Assembly (NCBI GenBank): GCA_963786935.1
Contig: CAWBAN010000004.1
Location: forward strand, 160,001 to 224,000
From: an uncultured bacterium
GTDB lineage: Bacteria; Krumholzibacteriota; Krumholzibacteriia; Krumholzibacteriales; Krumholzibacteriaceae
Direction: 5' to 3'
DNA length: 64,000 nt
Position numbers and translations under genes: made by a program. The notes under the pieces were generated by a model. It was not told the origin of the DNA, made no database searches, and saw nothing but the letters and a program-made list of their open reading frames with translations. Positions 36,606 to 44,803 of the stretch are shown here, piece after piece (position 1 is the stretch's first letter; each line of letters starts with the position of its first letter).

Positions 36606-39041
36606 TTATCTCGCGAGCACCATTTTCTTCGTTTCGCTGAAGGCCCCCGCCCGCAGGCGGTAGAAATAGACTCCGCTCGAAACCGCCGCGCCTCCCGCGT
36701 TGCGCCCGTCCCAGGCTTGCCGGTAGATGCCGGCGCTCCGCGGCTCGTTGAGGAGCGTTCGAACGAGGCGGCCCGAGACGTCGTAGATCGAGAGCGTCAC
36801 GCGCCCCGGTGACGCGATGCCGAATGAAATCGTCGTCGAAGGATTGAACGGATTCGGCGCGTTCTGGGCAAGGTACGTAACCGCGGGCGCTTTCGGCGTA
36901 TCGGTTCCGGTCACGTCGTCCGGGGTCACCGTGCCGAACGTGCTCTCGTTGCCGTGCACGTCGAATGCCGAGAGCTTGTAGAAGAATCCGCTGCTCCAGC
37001 GCCAATCGCCGTCGAAATAGGTCGTGTCGGGACCCGTGTAGATGCAGTTGCCGGGATCGGGCCTGAAGGCGCGACTCGTGCCCCGGTACAGCGTGTAGTG
37101 CGAGAAATCGCCGTCGCCGAGCGCTTTGAGCGTCCCGGATCCCCACGTCAGAACGAGGCCGACCGGATCGAAGCTCTGCTCGGCCGAGAAATTGAGGGGT
37201 TGTGCGGGGGCGAGGTTATCGACCGAGCAGCCGCTGTCCGGCTGCGACTCCCAGAAGACGAAATGATCCGTTCCGTGCGCCATGACCATAAAATAGTGGA
37301 GCCCCGGATTTGCTTCCGTGTGATCGTTGAGCGTCGCGGCGTCCGCGCTGTAGGTCGTCGAGGCGTTCGCGTCCACGTAGGAGAGGAGCTCCCATCCGGT
37401 CGCGGCGCCGCTCGCTTTCGAAATGAATATCGTTCCCGGGGCGGCCCCGGCGAGCTGCGGCGTGTCGACGCCCTTCGCTCCGGCGGCCAGCAGCGCTTCG
37501 AGCTGGGCCGTCGGAAGCATCCGCCACAGAGAATACCGGTCGACGATGAGCCCTCCGATGATGTCCATCGTCGATTTGCTCCAGGTGACGGTCACGTGCC
37601 CGCCCTGATCCTCGGGCACGTCGAGCACGGACGTGATCGCGGGGGCGGGGTAGCCGTAATAGCCGTTGCGCTCGATACGCGCGGCGTAGATGTCGCTCGA
37701 GGCGCCCGGGCGGTAGTCCTCCCAGGCAATGATGGCGCCGCCCGCGCCGTCGGAGGCGATGCACTGGTACAGCTGATCGTTCGCGTCGGTGCAGAGCGGT
37801 CTCCCGTTCGTCGTCCATTGCGGCGAACCGGCATCCGAGAGCTTCTGTGCGTAGATGTCCCGCTGCGCGCCCGGCCGGTAGTCGTCCCACGCGATGACGG
37901 CGCCGCCGTCGCCGTCCGGCACGATAACGGGATTGCTCTGGGTCGCCGCATAGGAGCAGACGACCACGCCTCCCGCGGCCCAATCTCGATAGCCGAGATA
38001 GTTGATTCTCTGCGCGTAGAGGTCCTGGCTGCCCGAGCCGAACTGCGTCCACGAAATGATCGCGCCGTGATTGCCGTCGGAGCCGATCGCGATCTGATAC
38101 ATATCGACCACCGTCGTGTTCACGAGGACGCCGTTCGCGGCATAGGAGATCGAGCCGGAACCGCTGATTCTCTGGGCGTAGATCAGCCAGTCGGCGCTGT
38201 TGCGGTAGTCCCGCCAGGCGACGGTTACGCCCCCGAGATCGTCGGAAACCATGCAGGGATCCTCCTGCGCATTGACGGCGTTGCAGATGACGACGCCGTT
38301 CGTGGTCCACGCGACGGCGCCGTTCGCCTTGATTCTCTGCGCATAGATATCGGTCGGGCCTCCGCGGTGGTCGTCCCAGGCGATGAAAGCGCCGCCGAGG
38401 CCGTCCGTCTCGAGGGAGGGCTCATGCTGCTCGAACGTGTTCGTGCATATGGCGACGCCGCCCGCCGCCCAATGCGCCGCGCCGTTCGCGTCGATTCTCT
38501 GGGCGTATATATCGGCCGAGCCGGAGCTCGAGTCCTGCCACGCGATGATGGCGCCACCCGATCCGTCGGAGACGATTCTGTAATTTCGCTGCACCGTCGC
38601 CGCGTCGCTGATCGTCACGCCCCCGGCGCCCCAGGGCGTCGCGCCGTTCGCGTCGACCCGTTGCGCGAAGAGATCGTACTCTCCGTTCCGATCGTCTCTC
38701 CAGACGACGATCGCTCCGCCGGCCCCGTCGGAAGCGATCTCGGGGGGGTAATAGGAATTGAGGTTGTTCGCGTAGAGGGCAACTCCGTCTATTGTCCAGA
38801 GAGCGTTGCCGTACCCGTCGATCCGCTGGGCGTAGATTCCGATGCTCGGCGCCGTGCTCCGCCCGTCCCCCCAGGCGATGATCGCGCCGCCCGCGCCGTC
38901 GGAGACGGATTTCGGCGATCGCTGACCGTAGGTCGCGGCGCAGACGGGCGTGCCGTTGGCGACCCAATCGGCATGCAGGCTCGACGCGGCGAGAAGCAGG
39001 ACCGAGAGCAGGACGAGAGAGAATTTAGCGTATTGACCCAT
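36606..39041 (-). CDS. Secreted 8-repeat propeller-like protein with T9SS-type CTD
   Basis: Start ATG 39041; SDGAGGAIIAW...DIYAQRI repeats; DQGG and SVDNLAP modules; CTD. Confidence 0.88.
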   Translation of the reverse strand: MGQYAKFSLVLLSVLLLAASSLHADWVANGTPVCAATYGQRSPKSVSDGAGGAIIAWGDGRSTAPSIGIYAQRIDGYGNALWTIDGVALYANNLNSYYPPEIASDGAGGAIVVWRDDRNGEYDLFAQRVDANGATPWGAGGVTISDAATVQRNYRIVSDGSGGAIIAWQDSSSGSADIYAQRIDANGAAHWAAGGVAICTNTFEQHEPSLETDGLGGAFIAWDDHRGGPTDIYAQRIKANGAVAWTTNGVVICNAVNAQEDPCMVSDDLGGVTVAWRDYRNSADWLIYAQRISGSGSISYAANGVLVNTTVVDMYQIAIGSDGNHGAIISWTQFGSGSQDLYAQRINYLGYRDWAAGGVVVCSYAATQSNPVIVPDGDGGAVIAWDDYRPGAQRDIYAQKLSDAGSPQWTTNGRPLCTDANDQLYQCIASDGAGGAIIAWEDYRPGASSDIYAARIERNGYYGYPAPAITSVLDVPEDQGGHVTVTWSKSTMDIIGGLIVDRYSLWRMLPTAQLEALLAAGAKGVDTPQLAGAAPGTIFISKASGAATGWELLSYVDANASTTYSADAATLNDHTEANPGLHYFMVMAHGTDHFVFWESQPDSGCSVDNLAPAQPLNFSAEQSFDPVGLVLTWGSGTLKALGDGDFSHYTLYRGTSRAFRPDPGNCIYTGPDTTYFDGDWRWSSGFFYKLSAFDVHGNESTFGTVTPDDVTGTDTPKAPAVTYLAQNAPNPFNPSTTISFGIASPGRVTLSIYDVSGRLVRTLLNEPRSAGIYRQAWDGRNAGGAAVSSGVYFYRLRAGAFSETKKMVLAR

Positions 39042-39275
39042 GGCGGAACCCCCTTGAGAAGCTGGAATGAACCCCGTCGTCATGCGCGATGGCCCTGGCG
39101 GCGCCTCGCGCATAGTTATTCCGATGTTTTAGAGTGTGGATTGAATTGGCGGTTGCGGCCGACTGGTGCATAACCCGTTTCAATTGCCGTAGTCGATTTC
39201 GCTGCAATTAATTGAAACGGCAGTTTACCACAAATGCGAATCGAAATCAATAATTGTCTGGGCCGGCGACGTCCC

Positions 39276-40634
39276 TTATACCCGATAGCCGCGCGAGAAC
39301 AGGTTCGTAAAAATGAGCGCCATCGCGCTCGGCAGCGTCCGGTAGATATAGTGGAAATTCTCGATCGCCTTCGGCGGCCTCAGGTAGAACCCCGCGTACG
39401 CCTTGAAGAGGAACCGGTTCAGCACCTGCGGCGTGATCTTGTCGAGCTTGATCGTCGGGTGAAGGCCCGAGTACATCGCCCAGTTCTTCGTGAGGAGCTT
39501 CTCCTTGACCTTCTCGAAGAGCTTCGTGCCCGGATACGGCGTGAGCAGCGAGAACTGCACCCTGCTCGGGTTGAGGAATTTCGCGAGCTCGATCGTCTGC
39601 CGCATCGTGCGCGGATTGTCGCCAAGCGCGCCGAGGATGAAGGCCCCGATGATCTTCACGCCGTTCTCGTGGAGGATGTCGACCGCCTTCTTCGCGTCCT
39701 CGACGGTCGATTTCTTTCCGTACTCGTTGAGAATCTCCTGGCTCCCGCTCTCGAAGCCGAGGAACATCCACTTGAGCCCCGATTTCGCCATGGTCTTGAC
39801 CATGCCGGGATTTTTCACGACCGTCTCCACGTGCGACATCGCTTCCCAGTGGAGATCGTAGCCGCCCGCGATGATCCGTTCCGCGATCGCCGTGGCCCGC
39901 GCGGGATTCAGCGTGAAATTGTCGTCGATGAAGTTGATCGCCCGGTAGCCGTACTTGTTGTACACGAGATCGATCTCCTCCATGAGGCTGTCGACCGAGC
40001 GCGGCCGCCAACGGACGCCCGAGAACTGGGACGAGGAGCAGAAGTTGCAGTTGAACGGGCAGCCGCGCGACGTGATGATCGTCGTCATCTGCCGCCCGTC
40101 GATCTTCTCCTTGTAGCTGCGCAGCGGCAGGAGCTCGCGCGCGGGAAAGGGGAGGGCGTCCAGATCGGCGATGAAGGGCGCCGTCGCGGTTCTCACGATC
40201 TCGTCGCCGCACCGATAGGACAGCCCGGGCACCTCTTCGATCGGAATCTCGCGCGAGAGATATTTCACGAGCGAGCGGAAGGCGTATTCTCCCTCGTTCC
40301 GGATGATGTAATCGACCTGTCCGCTCCGGAGAGCGTCCTCGTCGAAGAAGCTCACGTGGGGTCCGCCCATGACGACGGTCGCCCCGGCCGCTTTCGCGAC
40401 CTTCGCGATCTTCATCGAGGTCGAGTACCGCGCCGTATCGGCGGATATCCCGACGATGTCGAATCCGGCGAACGGGTACTGTCTCCAGCGTTTCTTCTCG
40501 ATGTTGAAGTCGACGATCGTGACCTGGTGGTCGGTGAGGAGCGCGGCCATGTACGCGAGGCCGAGAGGGGGTCGGCTGAGGCCCATGCTGTAGTAGCCGA
40601 AGCCGACGGGCGGGTTTACGAATAGAATTTTCAT
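39276..40634 (-). CDS. B12-binding domain radical SAM protein
   Basis: PPLGLAY, MGGPHVS, NEGE, TSRGCPFNCNFC (CxxxCxxC), FIDDNF, GFESG, TPYPGT. Confidence 0.92.
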   Translation of the reverse strand: MKILFVNPPVGFGYYSMGLSRPPLGLAYMAALLTDHQVTIVDFNIEKKRWRQYPFAGFDIVGISADTARYSTSMKIAKVAKAAGATVVMGGPHVSFFDEDALRSGQVDYIIRNEGEYAFRSLVKYLSREIPIEEVPGLSYRCGDEIVRTATAPFIADLDALPFPARELLPLRSYKEKIDGRQMTTIITSRGCPFNCNFCSSSQFSGVRWRPRSVDSLMEEIDLVYNKYGYRAINFIDDNFTLNPARATAIAERIIAGGYDLHWEAMSHVETVVKNPGMVKTMAKSGLKWMFLGFESGSQEILNEYGKKSTVEDAKKAVDILHENGVKIIGAFILGALGDNPRTMRQTIELAKFLNPSRVQFSLLTPYPGTKLFEKVKEKLLTKNWAMYSGLHPTIKLDKITPQVLNRFLFKAYAGFYLRPPKAIENFHYIYRTLPSAMALIFTNLFSRGYRV

Positions 40635-40896
40635 TATCCTTCTTTCATCTAAGATACCTCGCAGAAATTATTCGGTTTGAAATAATGGTACGGGGTATAT
40701 TAGTAGCTCAACCTATTCCGCTATTTACTGTTATCTTAAGTTATCACTTAAACGAATACGAGTCAACCAGAAACTGTCTCTTTTTTTCGAAAGCCCCGCC
40801 GAGGGAATGAGCCGCCGGCGCCGGAGACCTTTGGCGGGAACGATTCTTTATGCTATGCTTCATTTTGAGGATACGGCAAGCGCCGGGAGGAGACCC

Positions 40897-41754
40897 GTGA
40901 GCTTCGAAATATGGAACGATCCGATTGCCTCCGGAGGCCGGGAAGCCCGCGAGATTCTTCTCGGGCATTTCAGGGTGCCGTCGGGGAGCGCCGAGCTCGA
41001 GATGCTGCGCCGGATCGTCGAATGCTACTCGAATCTGCCGTACGAGAATCTCACGAAGATCATCAAGAAGTTCACGGCGGGCTCGGCCGAAGAACGGCTC
41101 CGGGGGCCGGTCGAGGTCGTGAGCGGCTACGTCGAGCGCAATACGGGCGGGACGTGCTTCTCGCTCACGTACTGCCTCGGCTCCATGCTCTCGAGCGCCG
41201 GATACCGGTGCTACCCCGTCATGGCCGACATGAAGCGGCCGAACATCCACTGCGCCCTCGTCGTCGAGATGAACGAGCGGCGGTATCTCGTCGATCCCGG
41301 CTACCTCGTCGGCGAGCCGGTCGAGCTCGCGGGGAAGCCCGTGCGGATCGAGACGACCTTCGGCGTCGTCGAGATCAGGCCGCGGCTGGGAGAGCGGTAC
41401 GATCTCTTCACGCTCGAGGGGGACGATCGAAAGTGGCGGTACACGGTGCGGACGGTTCCCGTTTCGCATGCGGCGTTCGTGCGGTTCTGGCAGGATTCGT
41501 TCGCGCTCCCCATGATGAACAACCTGCTGCTCACGCGCCTCACGCCGCAGGGGCATCTCTACATCAAGAACCACCATCTCCGCATGAAGGGCGCGCACGG
41601 CAAGATGAACGAGAACATCCGGAGCGGCTTCGAATCCCGGATCGCGGCGGATTTCGGCATTCCGCCGGAGGTGACGGCTCAGGCGCGCGAGCACCTCGAG
41701 CGATTGAAACGCACGTGGCGCGTCCGCGAGGGCGCGGGGCGGGAGGAGGCATAG
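40897..41754 (+). CDS. Arylamine N-acetyltransferase family protein
   Basis: PYENL; Cys-His-Asp triad GGTCF/IHCAL/LVDPG; GTG start after GGAGGAG. Confidence 0.8.
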   Translation: MSFEIWNDPIASGGREAREILLGHFRVPSGSAELEMLRRIVECYSNLPYENLTKIIKKFTAGSAEERLRGPVEVVSGYVERNTGGTCFSLTYCLGSMLSSAGYRCYPVMADMKRPNIHCALVVEMNERRYLVDPGYLVGEPVELAGKPVRIETTFGVVEIRPRLGERYDLFTLEGDDRKWRYTVRTVPVSHAAFVRFWQDSFALPMMNNLLLTRLTPQGHLYIKNHHLRMKGAHGKMNENIRSGFESRIAADFGIPPEVTAQAREHLERLKRTWRVREGAGREEA

Positions 41755-41760
41755 GCGGGC

Positions 41761-42306
41761 ATGGCGCATCCGAAGGCGGGAAGGCCGAAAGAGGGAGCTC
41801 CGGTGAAGTTCCTCGCCGCCGTGCTCGCGGGGCGCGGTTTCGATCCGGATCGCTTGCTCTTTCCGATGCTCGAGGAGCGTTTCGGAAGAATCGATCATCG
41901 GGGCAATGCGCACCCCTTCGACGGGACCGATTACTACGAAGACGAGATGGGGCCGGGCCTCGAACGGCTCATCATTTCATTCGAGCCGCTCCGCGACGCG
42001 ACCGATATCGTGCAGGCGAAGCTCGATACGGCGGCGATCGAGGAGGATCTCGCCGCGGAAGGCGGCCGGCGCGTCAATATCGATCCGGGGTACATGGATT
42101 ACTACAAGATCGTTCTCGCTTCGTTCAAGGAGGGCCCGCAGAAGATATATCTCGGGCGGGGCGTCTACGCGGACCCCATTCTCCTCTATTTCGAAGGGGA
42201 ATTCGGGCCGCTCCCGTGGACCTTCCCCGATTTCAAGTCGGGGGTTTACCGCGGAGATTTCCGTGAAATCCGCGCCCTCTACAAGAAGGCGCGGCGTGAA
42301 GAATAA
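41761..42306 (+). CDS. DUF4416 family protein
   Basis: TDYYEDEMG, RRVNIDPGY, LASFK, IYLGRGVYA, PLPWTFPDF motifs. Confidence 0.85.
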   Translation: MAHPKAGRPKEGAPVKFLAAVLAGRGFDPDRLLFPMLEERFGRIDHRGNAHPFDGTDYYEDEMGPGLERLIISFEPLRDATDIVQAKLDTAAIEEDLAAEGGRRVNIDPGYMDYYKIVLASFKEGPQKIYLGRGVYADPILLYFEGEFGPLPWTFPDFKSGVYRGDFREIRALYKKARREE

Positions 42307-42329
42307 CGGGAAGGGCGCCGAATTAACTG

Positions 42330-42358
42330 TTGACGCCGGGGCGTTCTTATGGCACAAT
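42330..42358 (+). promoter_or_regulatory. Putative promoter for the LytS/LytTR pair
   Basis: TTGACG-17 nt-CACAAT with extended TG. Confidence 0.45.
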
Positions 42359-42506
42359 ATACACGAGAATTCAACTCTCTCAACGGGCATACTCCCGACG
42401 CCGCGAGGATAAGGAGTATGCCTCGTTTATTTATGGCCGGGACGGCGATGCTTCCCGCAGCGGCTCCGCCGACCACGGCGCTTTTACCTTTTCCGGGAGC
42501 GCGGCC

Positions 42507-43805
42507 GTGACCGGAGTGACCCTTTCGGGCGATCAGTTCATTCTCTTCGTGCTCGTGCTGAAGATGGGCATCATGGCGGCGCTCGCGGGGGCGCTCATCA
42601 CGTCGAGCTTCTTCAAGCGGCTCATCTTCCTCGACACGCGGAACACGCGCGAGAACTGGCAATTCGCGCTCGTCTTCGGGCTGCTCCTCACGGCGGGCTC
42701 GGCGGTGCGCGTGCTCGTCGGGTACGAGGGAATGGATCTCTCGCTTTCGGGGACGTTTCTCGTCGGTCTGCTCGGGGGAATGGTGCCCGGATCGGCCGTC
42801 GGGTTTTTCGTGGGGCTGCCGGGGCTGCTCCACGGCGAATGGGGGACGCTCCTCTTCCTCGTCGTCTGCGGGCTCGCCGGCGGGATCATCCGGGCGCGCA
42901 CGCGCGACCGCGACGAGTTCTGGGGCGTCTCGCCGTTCTTTCTCAATAATATCGTCCGCTCCTGGCGCGTCCTCGTCGCCGGGCGGCGGATCGACGCGCG
43001 CGCGGCGATCATGCTGACGCTCGTGGCCCTCGAAGTCGCGCGGACGATCGCGGGGAATCGCGCGCCGGCCGCTATCTTCATCTTCCATCCCGATCATTTC
43101 TGGGTGACGCTCTGCGTCTGGCTCACGACGCTCGTGTGCGTCGGCATCCCGCTCAAGATATGGAACAACACGCGTGTCGAGGCGCTCCTCGAGGAGCAGC
43201 GTTCGGCGGCCGCGCAGGCGCGGTTCGACGCTCTCAGGAGCCAGATCAATCCGCACTTCCTTTTCAACGTGCTGAACGCGGCGACCTCGCTGATCTGGAG
43301 CGAGCCCGACAAGGCGCGGTGGATTCTCGTGAAGCTCTCGAGCATTCTCCGGCGCCTGCTCCGCGGGGGCGAGGATTTCGTGCCGCTGAGCCGCGAGATC
43401 GAGTTCATCGACGATTACCTGAGCCTCGAGGTGGCCCGTTTCGGGGCCGAACGGCTCGCCGTGGAGAAGGAGCTCGATCCGCGCTCGCTCGACGTGCCCG
43501 TGCCGTCGATGCTGCTCCAGCCGCTCGTGGAGAACGCGGTGCGGCACGGCATCTCGCCGAAGGTGGGGGGAGGCGTCGTGCGGATCGAGGCGGCGCGGGA
43601 GAGAGAGACGCTGCGCGTGGTGGTCCGGGACAACGGGCTCGGTTTCACGGATACGGGGCGCGAGGGGATCGGGCTCCGCAACGTCCGCGAACGCCTGCGC
43701 GTCGCCTACGGGCCGCGGGCCTCGATAGAAATCATTTCCGCGCTGGGGCAGGGAACATCGGTTATCATCGTCATGCCCGTCGAAAGGGGATCGGCCAATG
43801 GTTGA
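42507..43805 (+). CDS. LytS/YehU-family sensor histidine kinase
   Basis: Multi-TM N-terminus; QINPHFLFNVLN H-box; LQPLVENAVRHG; DNGLG; GIGLRNV; start codon uncertain (GTG 42507). Confidence 0.9.
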   Translation: MTGVTLSGDQFILFVLVLKMGIMAALAGALITSSFFKRLIFLDTRNTRENWQFALVFGLLLTAGSAVRVLVGYEGMDLSLSGTFLVGLLGGMVPGSAVGFFVGLPGLLHGEWGTLLFLVVCGLAGGIIRARTRDRDEFWGVSPFFLNNIVRSWRVLVAGRRIDARAAIMLTLVALEVARTIAGNRAPAAIFIFHPDHFWVTLCVWLTTLVCVGIPLKIWNNTRVEALLEEQRSAAAQARFDALRSQINPHFLFNVLNAATSLIWSEPDKARWILVKLSSILRRLLRGGEDFVPLSREIEFIDDYLSLEVARFGAERLAVEKELDPRSLDVPVPSMLLQPLVENAVRHGISPKVGGGVVRIEAARERETLRVVVRDNGLGFTDTGREGIGLRNVRERLRVAYGPRASIEIISALGQGTSVIIVMPVERGSANG

Positions 43806-44565
43806 GAAAGAACGCCTGCGCATCCTCGTCGTCGACGACGAGGCGCCCGCGCGCAGGGACCTGAAGCGCATCCTCGGCACGATCGCCGGCATCGAGATCG
43901 CCGGCGAGGCGGCCGACGGGCACGAGGCCGTGAAATCGATCAAGAAGCTGCGGCCCGACGTCGTGCTCCTCGATATCCAGATGCCGGGCCTCGACGGCTT
44001 TCAGGTCGTATCGAGGATCGCCGACATGGAGGGCCCGCCCGCGATCGTCTTCGTCACCGCGTACGACCAATACGCGATCAAAGCGTTCGAGGTGCGCGCG
44101 GTCGATTACATCCTGAAACCGGTGGAGGAGAAGCGGCTCGCGCAGGCGATCGAGCGCGCGAAGCGGATTCGCAGGGGCGCCGAAAAGGGCCCCGACCTCA
44201 AGGCGCTTCTCGATGCCGTCGGCGCTTCCGCGAAGCGGCTCGCCGTGCGGCAGGGGCAGTCGCTCGTCATGGTCGACGTGAGCGACATTCTCTACGCGAC
44301 CGTCTCCGAGGGCTCGATCAAGGTCGTCGCGCGGGAGGTCGAGGGCGCGGTCGCGTTCCGCTCCCTCGACGAGCTCGAGAAGGAGCTCGCGGGCCGCCCC
44401 TTCGTGCGTGTGCACAAGTCCTACCTCGCCAACGTCAACCGCATCTTCGAGATCACGCCCTGGTTCAGCGGGAGCTACCAGCTCCGCATGGAGGGGAAGG
44501 GCGGTCCCGTCATCCCCCTCAGCCGCGCGCAGGCGAAGGAGCTGCGCAAGCTGCTGAAGTGGTAG
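43798..44565 (+). CDS. LytTR-family response regulator
   Basis: VVDDE, LLDIQMPG, FVTAYD, DYILKP receiver; FVRVHKSY LytTR domain. Confidence 0.93.
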   Translation: MVEKERLRILVVDDEAPARRDLKRILGTIAGIEIAGEAADGHEAVKSIKKLRPDVVLLDIQMPGLDGFQVVSRIADMEGPPAIVFVTAYDQYAIKAFEVRAVDYILKPVEEKRLAQAIERAKRIRRGAEKGPDLKALLDAVGASAKRLAVRQGQSLVMVDVSDILYATVSEGSIKVVAREVEGAVAFRSLDELEKELAGRPFVRVHKSYLANVNRIFEITPWFSGSYQLRMEGKGGPVIPLSRAQAKELRKLLKW

Positions 44566-44803
44566 GGCGTTCCGCGGCCGTGCCGTCCGATTTGGGGATT
44601 GTCTTCCCGGCACAAACGGCGCATATTGAAGATGAGGTCTGCGACTCTGGGGGGGAGATGCAGAACAAGCCGATCATCGCGCCGTTCTCTTGTATACCTG
44701 TCAATCGATGTGTTGAACGATAACGCCGCACCGCTCTTGCGCGGAAGCGGCGATCGCATAGCCCCGCGCTCTCTATCGGTCTTTGTCCGCCGGAGGTGTC
44801 GTC

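Noticed and set aside
39177..39218. CRISPR-repeat-like ends GTTTCAAT...ATTGAAAC
   Set aside because: Single copy, no spacers or cas genes; better explained as an inverted repeat
40635..40800. Cobalamin riboswitch upstream of the B12 radical SAM gene
   Set aside because: AT-rich promoter-like DNA without recognisable B12-box or GGGAA/GCCACTG motifs
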